Positions 26,885 through 37,841 of a stretch of 64,000 bases of DNA are shown here, piece by piece. The translations under genes and the position numbers were made by a program. The first letter of the stretch is position 1, and the number at the start of each line of letters is the position of its first letter. The DNA comes from an uncultured Gammaproteobacteria bacterium (GTDB lineage: Bacteria > Pseudomonadota > Gammaproteobacteria > Enterobacterales > Succinivibrionaceae), in the NCBI GenBank assembly GCA_900315395.1, contig OMZC01000107.1:573-64572 (forward strand), read 5' to 3'. The notes beneath the pieces are model-generated. The model was given only the letters and a program-made list of their open reading frames with translations. It was not told where the DNA came from and ran no database searches.

Positions 26885-27553
26885 CTACAGTAATGACTCA
26901 AGAGAGTCAGTAGAATTACCAAGATTTTGATTTTTTGCCTCTAAGACCTTTCTTACAGGACCATAGGTTTTTCTATAGCATGAAATAACAGGGAGCTCAT
27001 TTAAGAGTTCTAAATGCAACTTTGTAGGATAGCCTTTGTGCTTTGCAAACTGGTACTCTGGATACTGCTTATCAAGCTCATACATCTGTCGGTCACGTTC
27101 TACCTTTGCAAGAATAGATGCTGCAGCAATCTCAGCTACACGAGCATCCCCCTTTACTACCGCTTCACATTTAATCTCAATATTCTTGATGGTCTTGTTG
27201 CCGTCCACTAAGATTAAATCGCACTTTAAAGCCATGTTCTCATAAGCTCTTTTCATAGCCTCAAGAGAAGCATTTAAAATATTCATTTCGTCGATTTCTT
27301 GAGGAGTGCACTGACCGATGCCGTAAGCGAGAGCTTTTTCTTTGATAAGAGGCTCTAGAGCATCTCTTTTCTTTTCAGATAACTGCTTAGAGTCATTTAA
27401 TCCTGCAATAGGATTGTTAGGATCTAAAACCACACAGGCTGCAACCACGTTACCCATTAAAGGTCCGCGACCTGCCTCATCGGCACCGCAAACCTTAAAT
27501 ACAGTTGGATCAACGGGGTAAACAAAAGGTTCAAAGACTATCTTTTTAGCCAT
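26885..27553 (-). CDS. rnhB: Ribonuclease HII
   Basis: Motifs [17 protein letters not shown] and DSKQLS, in the conserved lpxB-rnhB linkage. Confidence 0.93.
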   Translation of the reverse strand: MAKKIVFEPFVYPVDPTVFKVCGADEAGRGPLMGNVVAACVVLDPNNPIAGLNDSKQLSEKKRDALEPLIKEKALAYGIGQCTPQEIDEMNILNASLEAMKRAYENMALKCDLILVDGNKTIKNIEIKCEAVVKGDARVAEIAAASILAKVERDRQMYELDKQYPEYQFAKHKGYPTKLHLELLNELPVISCYRKTYGPVRKVLEAKNQNLGNSTDSLESLL

Positions 27554-27581
27554 GTTAATTTCTGTAGATGTAAATTACTAC

Positions 27582-28958
27582 TTAATTTTGATCTTGCTTT
27601 AACTCATTAGAGTTAATTGCTTGAGCACTACTTGCTTGAATGCTGGTTGCTTGAGGATTTGCATCCTGCTCTGATGATACGTTCTGACTGTTATTCTGGT
27701 TCTCAGTTGCATTGCCATTTTCAACCTGAGCACTTTCAAATTCAGCACTTTCAATCTGAGCAGTACTCTCTAAGGTTGAATTGTCTTCACAGCTTCTGTG
27801 AATAACCTTAAATACAGCCTCGCATGCTAACTCATCAGAGTTACAACGCATGCTCTTGTGAATATCCTCAAACTCTTTTTTCATGAGGATGTTATCGTAG
27901 ATAAGAAGCTTGTGCATCTCATCGGCTAGAGCTGCGCTAGTGCAATCTTCCTGAATGAATTCTTTAACAATCTTTCTACCTGCAATTAAATTTGGTAGAG
28001 AGTATGTATCAATCTTAAGTAAGCGTCTTGCAATAAATGCTGAGAGTGGGCTTACCTTATATGCAACAGCAAATGGTGTCTTTAAAAGCATGGTTTCAAG
28101 TGCAATAGTGCCACAGGTTAAGAGCACAGCATCTGATGATGCAATCACATCTTGAGTGTTGCCTACAAAGACAGTTATAGATAAATCAGGTGCAACTTCA
28201 AGCCAGAGATCTTTAATTAAAGTTGCCTGTTTATAGCTTGGCACTGTGCAAATGAAGACAGTGTCTGGAAGTTTTTTCTTAATAATTCTTGCTGCGTGAG
28301 CATAGATAGGTAACATCTTAGTGATGATACCCTTTCTAGAGCCTGGCAGAATTCCCATTACCTTACCTTTGACAGGCTCTACGCTTGTCTTGAACAGGTT
28401 AATTCTCTCTCTGCACTGAGATTGAGATACGGCAAGTGGGATTGAATTTGCTAAGGTATGACCTACATAGGTACAGTGAATACCACGTTGAGCATACCAG
28501 TTCTTTTCAAAAGGAAGTAGAGCTAAAATCTCGTCACAGGCGTTCTGAATACGCTTAACGCGATTCTCTCTCCAAGCCCAAACTGATGGGCTTACATAGT
28601 GAACAGTTGGAATTCCAGCTTTCTTTACTCTTTCTTCAACATATAAGTTAAAGTCAGGTAAATCAATACCTATAAAGACACATGGCTTTGCTTCAATGAT
28701 GTTCTTTACAGCTTTTGATCTGATTTTTAGGATCTTAGGAAGCTTTAGCAGAACTTCTGTAAGTCCCATTACTGCTAAATCTTCCATATTTGCAGATGAA
28801 CGCAGGCCCTGATGGATCATCTTTGGTCCACCAATTCCTATGAATTGAGCCAAAGGATCACGTCTTTTAATAGCCATGATAAGGCCAGAACCTAAAGTAT
28901 CACCTGAAGGTTCACCTGCAATTAAAGCGTAAAGATGTGGATTTGCATTAGCCAGCAT
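27582..28958 (-). CDS. lpxB: Lipid-A-disaccharide synthase with a ~70-aa low-complexity C-terminal tail
   Basis: N-terminus IAGEPSGDTLG plus the GT19 fold. Its ATG overlaps the lpxA stop (TAATG). The last ~70 residues are Q/N/S/E/A-rich. Confidence 0.92.
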   Translation of the reverse strand: MLANANPHLYALIAGEPSGDTLGSGLIMAIKRRDPLAQFIGIGGPKMIHQGLRSSANMEDLAVMGLTEVLLKLPKILKIRSKAVKNIIEAKPCVFIGIDLPDFNLYVEERVKKAGIPTVHYVSPSVWAWRENRVKRIQNACDEILALLPFEKNWYAQRGIHCTYVGHTLANSIPLAVSQSQCRERINLFKTSVEPVKGKVMGILPGSRKGIITKMLPIYAHAARIIKKKLPDTVFICTVPSYKQATLIKDLWLEVAPDLSITVFVGNTQDVIASSDAVLLTCGTIALETMLLKTPFAVAYKVSPLSAFIARRLLKIDTYSLPNLIAGRKIVKEFIQEDCTSAALADEMHKLLIYDNILMKKEFEDIHKSMRCNSDELACEAVFKVIHRSCEDNSTLESTAQIESAEFESAQVENGNATENQNNSQNVSSEQDANPQATSIQASSAQAINSNELKQDQN

Positions 28959-29746
28959 TAGCGAATGATTCCTCTTCCGTCCTGCTTTAAGAAGTCAACT
29001 AATGGCTGAACTTCACTGTGCTCTTTAGCTAATTTCTCAATTTCAACTAAAGCCTCTTCTAAGGTTAAGCTCTTCTTGTATAAGAACATATAAGCCTGGA
29101 AGATTGCTGAGATAGCTTCTTTTGAGAAACCACGACGCTGTAGACCAACTTTGTTAATACCAAAAGGTTTAGCATAGTGACCTGCTGCCATCACATATGG
29201 AGGAACATCCATATTCAATGCAGCCATACCGCCAACCATAGCATGACAACCTACACGACCAAACTGGTGAATTGCAGCTAAACCACCAAATACAACATAG
29301 TCATCGATAGTTACGTGACCTGCTAGAGTTGCATTGTTTGAGAAAATGCAATGATCGCCAATAATGCAATCGTGTGCAACGTGAGTGTTGATCATGAACA
29401 GGTTATGTGAACCTACAGTAGTAGTACCTCTACCCTGTACAGTACCTCTGTGCATTGAGCAATGCTCACGGATAACGTTGTAATCGCCAATAGTTAATGT
29501 TGTAGGTTCACCTGCATACTTTAGATCCTGACAACCTTCACCGATTGAGCAAAACTGGTAAAAGTGATTTCCTTTACCGATTGTGGTTGGACCACGTACT
29601 ACACAAAAAGGTTCAAATATGCAGTCATCACCTACAGTAACATCACCCTCAATGATTACATTCTCGCGAATGGTAACATTCTTACCTAACTTTACGTCTG
29701 GTCCAATTTTTGCGATTGGATCAATAATTCCTGTAGCTTGAGTCAA
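28958..29746 (-). CDS. lpxA: Acyl-ACP--UDP-N-acetylglucosamine O-acyltransferase (probable TTG start)
   Basis: Left-handed beta-helix hexapeptide repeats and a C-terminal helical domain. Located in the fabZ-lpxA-lpxB context. Confidence 0.93.
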   Translation of the reverse strand: MTQATGIIDPIAKIGPDVKLGKNVTIRENVIIEGDVTVGDDCIFEPFCVVRGPTTIGKGNHFYQFCSIGEGCQDLKYAGEPTTLTIGDYNVIREHCSMHRGTVQGRGTTTVGSHNLFMINTHVAHDCIIGDHCIFSNNATLAGHVTIDDYVVFGGLAAIHQFGRVGCHAMVGGMAALNMDVPPYVMAAGHYAKPFGINKVGLQRRGFSKEAISAIFQAYMFLYKKSLTLEEALVEIEKLAKEHSEVQPLVDFLKQDGRGIIR

Positions 29747-29766
29747 TGTCTTTTACCTTTTGATGA

Positions 29767-30231
29767 TTAGTGTTTAGCGCACATTAAATCAGCTGTGCAA
29801 ACTACCTTGCCATCTACACTTGCAACACCGCTAAATGAAGCAATACCACGCTTTTCCTTGAAGTATTCAACATCAAGAACTAGCTGATCACCAGGTACTA
29901 CTGGTCTCTTGAAACGAGCATGATCGATTGCAGCAAAATAATATAACTCACCATCGTTTGGCTTACCAACCATGGTAAAAGCTAAGATACCGGTAGCCTG
30001 AGCCATAGCCTCTAAAATCAGCACACCAGGTAAAATTGGCTTGCCTGGGAAATGGCCCTGGAAGAAAGGCTCATTAAAAGTAATGTTCTTAATTGCTCTT
30101 AAAGTTTTGTGCTCTTCGGTAATTGAATAGTCTACAACTCTGTCGATCATTAAAAATGGATATCTGTGTGGTAACAGAGCCATGATCTGCTCAACATCTA
30201 ATGTATGCTTATTTTCTACAGTATCAGTCAT
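29767..30231 (-). CDS. fabZ: 3-hydroxyacyl-ACP dehydratase FabZ
   Basis: Motifs [13 protein letters not shown] and [16 protein letters not shown]. Confidence 0.95.
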   Translation of the reverse strand: MTDTVENKHTLDVEQIMALLPHRYPFLMIDRVVDYSITEEHKTLRAIKNITFNEPFFQGHFPGKPILPGVLILEAMAQATGILAFTMVGKPNDGELYYFAAIDHARFKRPVVPGDQLVLDVEYFKEKRGIASFSGVASVDGKVVCTADLMCAKH

Positions 30232-30249
30232 TTAATCACCTTTTCTATT

Positions 30250-31281
30250 TTATTGCTTTAATTGCTTGGTCAAAGACTCTACCTGTTCCTCAAGAGCAGA
30301 TAAACGATGATACATTTCGTTAATATGTAGAGTTCTTGCTGCAGTAATACGCCATTCCTTATTGGTCTGAGCAGGAATACCTGATGAATAGATACCTGGC
30401 TTGTCAATAGAACGCATTACCATACACATACCGCTGATGGTTACACCATCACAGATGCTAATATGACCATTAAATACAGAAGTACCGCCAATTATACAGT
30501 ATTTTCCGATGGTTACAGAACCGGCAAAGGTGGTACCACCTGCAACTGCTGTTCCATAGCCAATATGAACGTTATGAGCAATCTGGCAGAGGTTATCAAT
30601 AATTACGTTATCTTCAATAACGGTATCATCAATAGCACCACGGTCGATACAGGTACAAGCACCGATTTCAACTCTGTTGCCGATTACTACACGGCCAGTC
30701 TGAGGGATCTTAATCCACTCACCACGTTCATTCGCATAACCAAAACCGTCACCGCCAATTACAGTTCCTGACTGAACTAAGCAGTTGTCACCAATTACAC
30801 AATCATGGTAAAGGCTAACATTAGGATACAGCTTTGTGTTATTGCCAACTTTTGCTTTAGGACCGATTACAACATTAGCGCCTAATTGAACGTTATCTCC
30901 AATTACAGCACCTGCTTGAATGTTGACATTAGGTCCAATAGATACATTCTTACCAATTGTAGCCTCAGGAGAGATCACAGCAGAGCTGTCTACACCTTTG
31001 GCAATAGCAGGGGTTGTATCTAATAACTGAGCAACTTTAGCAAAGCCTACATAAGGATCCTTCATTACCAATACAGCGCATTTAGCGTGTGGTACATCTT
31101 CTTCTTTTAAGATCACAGCACCAGCGTGAGATTCGCTTAATACAGCTCTGTATTTAGGATCTGATAAAAAGCTGATTTCTTTTTCTTTTGCAGTCTTTAA
31201 ATTGGCAACATGAGTAATTTCAATCTCGCCATTGCCAATTAGCTTTGCACCAAGTTTCTCTGCAATATCTTTTAACAGCAT
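30250..31281 (-). CDS. lpxD: UDP-3-O-(3-hydroxyacyl)glucosamine N-acyltransferase
   Basis: Hexapeptide-repeat beta-helix with a C-terminal coiled coil, in the skp-lpxD-fabZ context. Confidence 0.93.
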   Translation of the reverse strand: MLLKDIAEKLGAKLIGNGEIEITHVANLKTAKEKEISFLSDPKYRAVLSESHAGAVILKEEDVPHAKCAVLVMKDPYVGFAKVAQLLDTTPAIAKGVDSSAVISPEATIGKNVSIGPNVNIQAGAVIGDNVQLGANVVIGPKAKVGNNTKLYPNVSLYHDCVIGDNCLVQSGTVIGGDGFGYANERGEWIKIPQTGRVVIGNRVEIGACTCIDRGAIDDTVIEDNVIIDNLCQIAHNVHIGYGTAVAGGTTFAGSVTIGKYCIIGGTSVFNGHISICDGVTISGMCMVMRSIDKPGIYSSGIPAQTNKEWRITAARTLHINEMYHRLSALEEQVESLTKQLKQ

Positions 31282-31298
31282 AGATTAATTCCTGTTAA

Positions 31299-31892
31299 TT
31301 ATTTCTTGCTATCCTTGTTGTCTTTATTGTCTTTGTTCTCTTTCTTAGCTGGCTTTAGCTTTGAAGCTCTTGCGATAACTTCCTCAGAAATATCAACAGC
31401 ATCTGAAGCAAATACAACTGACTCACCACGAACTACTAACTCGATACCACGCTCTTTTGCGATTCTATCAATAGCAGTCTGGATTAACTTGCCTAGCTTC
31501 ATCTCAGCTTCACGCTGTCTCTTCTGAGAGTCTTCCTGTAAAGCCTGGCCCTTTAAGTCGTAATCTGCCTTTAATTTTGCTAATTTACGCTGAAGCTCAG
31601 TTGCCTTGTCGCCCTGTGACTTCTGTAATTCAGCTTCTAACTTAGCGCCTTCCTGCTGGATTTTCTGTAACTCTTCAGAACGAGGACCGAATTCCTTCTG
31701 CATAGCCTCAGACTCAGCCTTAGCCTGTGGAAGCTCTGCCATGATTAAACGGAGATTTACAACTGCAATATTGGTTGCTGACTTCTTAGCTGCCTGCTCT
31801 GTCTTACCTGCATCAGCAGCATCTGCTGCATAAGTTGAGGTTGAAATTAAAGCCATAGAAATTGCAGATGCTAATAATAACTTTTTTAACAT
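31299..31892 (-). CDS. skp: Periplasmic chaperone Skp (OmpH)
   Basis: Signal peptide followed by a long K/E/Q-rich coiled coil, located immediately downstream of bamA. Confidence 0.88.
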   Translation of the reverse strand: MLKKLLLASAISMALISTSTYAADAADAGKTEQAAKKSATNIAVVNLRLIMAELPQAKAESEAMQKEFGPRSEELQKIQQEGAKLEAELQKSQGDKATELQRKLAKLKADYDLKGQALQEDSQKRQREAEMKLGKLIQTAIDRIAKERGIELVVRGESVVFASDAVDISEEVIARASKLKPAKKENKDNKDNKDSKK

Positions 31893-31907
31893 TTTATACT
31901 CCTAGTT

Positions 31908-34307
31908 TTAGAAACTGCTTCCGATGTTGAAATTGAACTGCTGAGTATCATCACCGTCATACTTCTTAATTGCTTTAGCTAGGTTAAATGATAGAGGTCC
32001 CATAGGAGACATCCATGTTAAAGCAAAACCTATAGAAGTACGGTATTTACCAGGATCTGAGTAATCAACAGTGTACATCTTTGAACGGGTATCCCATAGA
32101 GCACCAGCATCAAAGAATACAGCTGATCTTACGCTGCTCTTATAAGCTTCTGCTACTAATGGGGTTGGAATTACAAATTCAGCTGTAGCTGTCCAGAATG
32201 CGTTACCACCAACTGAGGTTGATGACTCATAATAACTATCAGCAAATGGATACTTATATAGTGCACGTGGACCGATTGAGTTACGGCTAAAGCCTCTCAT
32301 CCACTCTGAACCACCTAATGAGAAGTTATCGAAGAATGGAAGAATTTCTCTTACGCCATTCTTTGATCTGTAACCATTACCATAACCGATTCGACCGCGA
32401 ACGGTGAATACGTACTCATGGTACATATCAATTGGGAAGTAATGGTAGGTTTCAGCAGTAGCCTTGTAATAGTGCATATCTGAATTAGGTGTAGTAGCAG
32501 TTAAAGATACTGTCTGCTTATTACCTGATGTAGGGAACACACCTTTATCAAGACTGTTATGAGTAATATCAAAACCTAACTTGTAGTCTAAGAAGTTAAC
32601 AGAACGGGTAGCATCCTTTGAATACATACTAAAGAACACATCAGACTGCTCGAAACGAGTACCGTTATTCTTAATCTTTGACTTCTCAATACCTAAATTG
32701 TAGTTAACAAACCAGTTTTCAGAAATTGGGTAACCTAGGTTGAAGGTAGCACCATAAGTATGGTTGGTGTAATCTACAACATCATCGTCATCATCACCAT
32801 CATACTTATCTAAGTATAATCTGCCACCTAAGCTTACGTTATCTACAGTAAAGTATGGATCGGTATAACCAATTTCCATATGTTTTCTATAGTCGTTCTC
32901 ATAAGAGGTAATGTTTGCTCTTGTACCCCAACCAAAGAGGTTGTTCTGAGAGATACTTGCCTGAATGGTTAAACCTGAGTCAGTACCAATACCAATACCA
33001 CCTGAGATAGAACCTGTAGGACGCTCTTTAACCTTGGTGTTGACGTTAACAGTATCATCAGTTGCACCAACGTTCTCTGTGGTTACATCCACAGTCTCAA
33101 AGTAACCGGTACGATTTAATCTGGTCTTTGATACTTCAATAGCTTCAGATGATAACCATGAGCCATCCATCTGTCTTAATTCACGTCTGATTACGGTATC
33201 ATCGGTAGAATCATTACCGGTAATTAGAACCTGTGATACATGAACACGAGAGCCTGGATTTACGTTGAAGTTTAAATCAACAGTCTTCTCTTTATCATTG
33301 TAAATTGGGAATGCCTTAACCTCAGAGTTTGCATAACCGTATTTACCTAAGATAGAAGCTAAGGTCTTTTCGTTCTCGGTTACACGACGCTGATTGTAAA
33401 TTTCACCTTCATGTAAGGTAATAGCTTCATTTAATTCAGCGCCATACTTTAAGGTATCACCGCGAACTGAGAATGAATGAACCTTATAACGTTCACCTTC
33501 ATCAATAGCGATAGTTAAGTAAATACCTTTTCTATCAGGGGTAAGTTCAACTGAGGTTGAATCAACTTTGAAGTTCACAAAACCTCTATCCATATAGAAG
33601 GTCTTTAATGCTTCCAAGTCTGCACGGAATTTCTGACCGTTAAATCTCTGGTTAGCCATGAAGTTCCACCAAGGAACATCATCACGTAACTGCATCTGAG
33701 CTAACAGCACATCTTCATCAAAAGATTTGTTACCTACGATGTTAATCTGCTGAATTTCAGCAGCCTTACCTTCGGTGATTTCAATCTTAATATCCACACG
33801 GTTTCTAGGTAACTGAGTGATCACGGTATTTACCTTAGCTTGGTACATACCTGATGAATGGTAGAAATCCTCTAAAGATTTTTGGATCTGATTTAGAGAT
33901 TGAGTATTTAAAGCTTCGCCTACGCGGATACCCTGCTGATTGATGATCTTTTCAAGATCTTCTTTTTTGATATTGTTATTACCAGAGAAGTCAACAGCAC
34001 CAATGGTAGGTCTTTCTTTTACGGTAACAATGAAAGTGTCACCATCACGTGACAGCTTAACATCATCAAAATCGCCTGTTGCATATAACTGCTGCATAGC
34101 CAGAGCGGTATTTTGAGGTGTCATTACATCGCCTTCTTTAACAGGCAATGCTAATAAAACTGCACCTTTTGACACACGATTCAGACCACGGATCTGAATG
34201 TTAGAAATAACCGGATCACCTGCAGCACTTACTGCTTGAGGAGTTGCAATTGCTGCTGCAACTGCTGCACTTAAGGCTGCTGTCTTAATAAAAGTTCTTC
34301 TTTTCAT
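31908..34307 (-). CDS. bamA: Outer membrane protein assembly factor BamA
   Basis: Signal peptide, five POTRA-like repeats and an Omp85 barrel ending in ...FNFNIGSSF. Confidence 0.95.
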   Translation of the reverse strand: MKRRTFIKTAALSAAVAAAIATPQAVSAAGDPVISNIQIRGLNRVSKGAVLLALPVKEGDVMTPQNTALAMQQLYATGDFDDVKLSRDGDTFIVTVKERPTIGAVDFSGNNNIKKEDLEKIINQQGIRVGEALNTQSLNQIQKSLEDFYHSSGMYQAKVNTVITQLPRNRVDIKIEITEGKAAEIQQINIVGNKSFDEDVLLAQMQLRDDVPWWNFMANQRFNGQKFRADLEALKTFYMDRGFVNFKVDSTSVELTPDRKGIYLTIAIDEGERYKVHSFSVRGDTLKYGAELNEAITLHEGEIYNQRRVTENEKTLASILGKYGYANSEVKAFPIYNDKEKTVDLNFNVNPGSRVHVSQVLITGNDSTDDTVIRRELRQMDGSWLSSEAIEVSKTRLNRTGYFETVDVTTENVGATDDTVNVNTKVKERPTGSISGGIGIGTDSGLTIQASISQNNLFGWGTRANITSYENDYRKHMEIGYTDPYFTVDNVSLGGRLYLDKYDGDDDDDVVDYTNHTYGATFNLGYPISENWFVNYNLGIEKSKIKNNGTRFEQSDVFFSMYSKDATRSVNFLDYKLGFDITHNSLDKGVFPTSGNKQTVSLTATTPNSDMHYYKATAETYHYFPIDMYHEYVFTVRGRIGYGNGYRSKNGVREILPFFDNFSLGGSEWMRGFSRNSIGPRALYKYPFADSYYESSTSVGGNAFWTATAEFVIPTPLVAEAYKSSVRSAVFFDAGALWDTRSKMYTVDYSDPGKYRTSIGFALTWMSPMGPLSFNLAKAIKKYDGDDTQQFNFNIGSSF

Positions 34308-34426
34308 TGTAAAACCAAACTGTTTGTTTAAGTGATTTTGAACTTGCCTAGCTAAAATAACAAAAAAATCTCAAAAAAACAGCTTTTAAAGTCTGTTTTT
34401 TTAAGGTTCGATGATAAATCAGCTAT

Positions 34427-35788
34427 CTAAAAACCTTTGATATCATTAAATACTGCAAAAATCATCATTGTCAGCAGTATTGCTGCGCCAAATGATGTAA
34501 GAACCATCTGGGTTCTTGCACTAGGCTCTTTACGCATTATTGCTTCATAAGCCAAAAATAAAAGCTGACCGCCATCTAAAACTGGAATTGGCATCAAATT
34601 GAGAATACCTAAGTTTACACTAATAGCAGCTAAAAAACTTATAAAGATTTTAAAACCGAAACTTGCACTCTCTTTTGCGCCCTGAGCAATTGCTATAGGA
34701 CCTGAGATATTGTCAGCTGAAATAGTGCCATTTGCCAGTTTATAAGTAGATACTAAAACAAGCTTTGCCATTGAAGCAGAATCTGCTACAGCTTTAATCA
34801 TGCCATCGACTAGACCATATTTAGTAGTCTTTCTAAGGCTTGGTATTGGCTCATACTCTGGAGCAATACCTACATAAGGTACAGTCTGTTTAGTCTTTTC
34901 AGAGTACTTGTTCTCAGGAATAACAGTTGTCTGGTATAAAGAGCCATCTCTTTTTACCACAAGATTCAATGGAGCGCCGTTAGAATCATGGATCATGTCT
35001 ACAATACGGAACCATGAAGTTACCTCTACTCCATTTACCTTTTCAATCTCATCACCTTTCTTTAATGATGCTTTTTGAGCAGGTGAGCCTGGCTCTACCA
35101 TGGCTAAAGTTGTCTTAATCTTGCCAATGCATGGCTCAAGACCAACCTTTTTAATTGGAGATTCGTTTCTGTTTAAAACGATAGAACTTGCATCTAATGA
35201 CAGAACTCTCTTTTGACCGGTACCTAAATCTGAAGATACAGTAACAGATGCTGGAGTGCTTGAGCCCATGATCTCTACTAACTCGTACATCACATCTTTC
35301 CATGAGGTGATATCTTTACCGTTAATATCTTCGATTAAGTCGTAATCTTGAAAGCCAGAGGTATAAGCTATTGAATCAGGTTTTACATCACCTACAACTG
35401 GTGAGAGTTGAGTGATACCTGACATATTGATATAGGTAAATAAAAGTACTGCTAGTACCAGATTAAAGAAGGGGCCAGCAAAGATAATAATGGCTCTTTG
35501 CCAAACTTTTTTTGACTTGTATGAACCTTCTGGTAATGAGCTCTTGTCTTCAACCGGAGTATTCTCGCCTTCCATCTTTACATATCCACCTAAAGGGATA
35601 GCACTTACGGCATACTCACAGTTGTCTTTGCCCTTTTTCTTAAAGAGGATCGGACCAAATCCTAATGAAAATCTAAGAACTTTTACACCACAAGCTTTAG
35701 CTGCTAAAAAGTGGCCTAACTCGTGAATAGTTACAAGTATTCCCAAAGCAATCAAAAAATAAAACAGACCACCTAGAATACCTAACAT
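34427..35788 (-). CDS. rseP: Sigma-E protease RseP (site-2 zinc metalloprotease)
   Basis: HELGHF zinc motif at the N-terminus, two PDZ domains and the motif NLMPIPVLDGG. Confidence 0.93.
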   Translation of the reverse strand: MLGILGGLFYFLIALGILVTIHELGHFLAAKACGVKVLRFSLGFGPILFKKKGKDNCEYAVSAIPLGGYVKMEGENTPVEDKSSLPEGSYKSKKVWQRAIIIFAGPFFNLVLAVLLFTYINMSGITQLSPVVGDVKPDSIAYTSGFQDYDLIEDINGKDITSWKDVMYELVEIMGSSTPASVTVSSDLGTGQKRVLSLDASSIVLNRNESPIKKVGLEPCIGKIKTTLAMVEPGSPAQKASLKKGDEIEKVNGVEVTSWFRIVDMIHDSNGAPLNLVVKRDGSLYQTTVIPENKYSEKTKQTVPYVGIAPEYEPIPSLRKTTKYGLVDGMIKAVADSASMAKLVLVSTYKLANGTISADNISGPIAIAQGAKESASFGFKIFISFLAAISVNLGILNLMPIPVLDGGQLLFLAYEAIMRKEPSARTQMVLTSFGAAILLTMMIFAVFNDIKGF

Positions 35789-36978
35789 TAAATAGCTCCT
35801 ACGATTGATTTAGCAATTTCTCTTGCTTTTCTGTCTGTCTCTAAGACTTCGTCAATACTTGATAAAGAACCTACATTTGCCTTTTGCAAGACACCATCTA
35901 CAACTTTTGCAATATCAAGATAAGCAATCTGGTTATGTAAGAAAGCATCAACTGCTACTTCGTTTGCAGCATTAAGACAGGTGGTAGCCCCCTGACCTGA
36001 TTTACTTGCCTGCATAGCAAGCTTTAAGCATGGGTAACGCACAAAATCAGGTGATCTAAAGGTAAGCTCTGATAACTTTTCAAAATCGAGCATATCCACA
36101 CCTGAGGTCAGTCTCTGAGGGAAGCCTAAAGCTACAGCAATAGGAGTTCTCATATCAGGCTGTCCTAATTGAGCTAGGATGGCGCCATCTGTAAATGACA
36201 CCATTGAGTGAATTACAGACTGTGGATGAATTACAACTTTGATATCATCATCAGTTGCATTGAAAAGATATCTTGCTTCGATGAATTCTAAGCCTTTGTT
36301 CATCATAGTAGCTGAATCTACAGAGATCTTAGGTCCCATAGACCATACAGGATGAGCAATAGCCTGAGCTGCAGTTACTGTCTTTAATGACTCTAAAGGT
36401 GAGTCTCTGAATGGACCGCCTGAGCCTGTAAGTAAAATCTTATTAACGTTAGCCTGTTTTAAGTCACAGTAACCTAAATTGATTTGAGCTTCATATGGTA
36501 AGCACTGAAAGATTGCACTGTGCTCACTGTCTACAGGTAATACCTTAGCGCCGTACTTTTTAACAGCTTCAAAGAAGATCTGACCTGACATCACTAATGC
36601 TTCTTTGTTCGCAAGAGCAATAACACAGCCAGTTTTTACAGCTGCAATTACAGGTTTAAGACCTGCAGCACCAACGATTGCGCCTACTACAACATCAGCA
36701 GCACCGTCGCCTGCTACCTCTTCAACACCACAAGCTCCAGCTAAAACCTCAGCATATAAGCCTAAATCTTTAAGTTTTTGATTAAGCTCCTGAGCGCTTT
36801 TTTCATTATGCATGGCTACACGTTCAGGTTTAAATTCCTGAACGATTGCTACCATTTTATCCACAGATGAAGACGCAGCTACAGCATGAAGTTTAAATTC
36901 ATCTTTATGGCGTCTTAACACATCTAAAGTTGATGTTCCAATAGAGCCTGTGGCACCTAATAAGGTAACATTACGCAT
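35788..36978 (-). CDS. dxr: 1-deoxy-D-xylulose-5-phosphate reductoisomerase
   Basis: Motifs LGATGSIGTST, LANKE and DSEHSA. Its stop overlaps the rseP ATG. Confidence 0.94.
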   Translation of the reverse strand: MRNVTLLGATGSIGTSTLDVLRRHKDEFKLHAVAASSSVDKMVAIVQEFKPERVAMHNEKSAQELNQKLKDLGLYAEVLAGACGVEEVAGDGAADVVVGAIVGAAGLKPVIAAVKTGCVIALANKEALVMSGQIFFEAVKKYGAKVLPVDSEHSAIFQCLPYEAQINLGYCDLKQANVNKILLTGSGGPFRDSPLESLKTVTAAQAIAHPVWSMGPKISVDSATMMNKGLEFIEARYLFNATDDDIKVVIHPQSVIHSMVSFTDGAILAQLGQPDMRTPIAVALGFPQRLTSGVDMLDFEKLSELTFRSPDFVRYPCLKLAMQASKSGQGATTCLNAANEVAVDAFLHNQIAYLDIAKVVDGVLQKANVGSLSSIDEVLETDRKAREIAKSIVGAI

Positions 36979-36980
36979 AA

Positions 36981-37841
36981 TTAGAATAGCTCTCCGCTAA
37001 ATAGCCAAACCATAGTTAAAAATACAGGTACAGCAGCTAGCTGTGAATCAATACGGTCTAACATACCGCCGTGGCCTGGGAAGATTTTGCCTGAATCTTT
37101 AATACCAGCTAAACGCTTGAACATACTCTCTACAAGATCACCAATTACTGAGAAGATAATGGTGATTACAGCAGCGATAACTAATACCCACTGCTTTTGA
37201 GAATACTGACCGAACCAGCCTAATTTATCAAAGATATATAAGCCAATTAGAGCGGTGATAATGCCACCTGCTAAACCTTCAACAGTCTTTTTAGGGCTTA
37301 CGTTAGGTAACATCTTGTGTTTACCTAAGAATCTGCCTGCAAAGTAAGCGCCAGAGTCAGCACACCATACTAGAGCCATCACTGCTAAAACAAGGCATGC
37401 ACCTGCGTTATAGTCAATTGCGTAATCGCTTGAACGTAAAATTAAGATACCCTCTAAGAAAGGTAATAACATCAGAATTGCAATTACTGTATTTAAAACT
37501 ACATTCTGATGCCAAGCAGTATCTTTAGGGAATTTTAGTAATAAAGGGATAGAGACAAACCAGACGATGAGTCCTGAGGCTACTACATACTGGCTGAACT
37601 TTGGAATTCCTTCAACGATATATAAACCAGGATTTGCTACAAAGAAAGCAATTGAAGCTACAACAATAGCTACAATGATAAAGGGAATTCTTGACTTATA
37701 GCCTAATAAAGTTCCCATCTCGTAGGCACTTACAGCATAAATGAAAAGCGCGCCCATTGAAAAGATTTCAAAATTTGCTTTAAATAGCCATGCTAGCACG
37801 GCTGCAATTAGAACAACTGCAGTAATAATTCTAGTCAGCAT
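36981..37841 (-). CDS. cdsA: Phosphatidate cytidylyltransferase
   Basis: Polytopic membrane protein with the CTP-transferase signature SMFKRLAGIKDSGKIFPGHGGMLDRIDS. Confidence 0.92.
   Translation of the reverse strand: MLTRIITAVVLIAAVLAWLFKANFEIFSMGALFIYAVSAYEMGTLLGYKSRIPFIIVAIVVASIAFFVANPGLYIVEGIPKFSQYVVASGLIVWFVSIPLLLKFPKDTAWHQNVVLNTVIAILMLLPFLEGILILRSSDYAIDYNAGACLVLAVMALVWCADSGAYFAGRFLGKHKMLPNVSPKKTVEGLAGGIITALIGLYIFDKLGWFGQYSQKQWVLVIAAVITIIFSVIGDLVESMFKRLAGIKDSGKIFPGHGGMLDRIDSQLAAVPVFLTMVWLFSGELF

Noticed and set aside
34308-34426. GAACTT in the rseP-bamA spacer considered as a sigma-E promoter for bamA
   Set aside because: The GAACTT is on the plus strand, the wrong orientation for bamA, and no TCTAA lies 16 nt downstream. 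The spacer does contain an A/T-rich imperfect hairpin (AAAAACAGCTTT/AAAGTCTGTTTTT) that may act as a weak terminator, but the evidence is thin.
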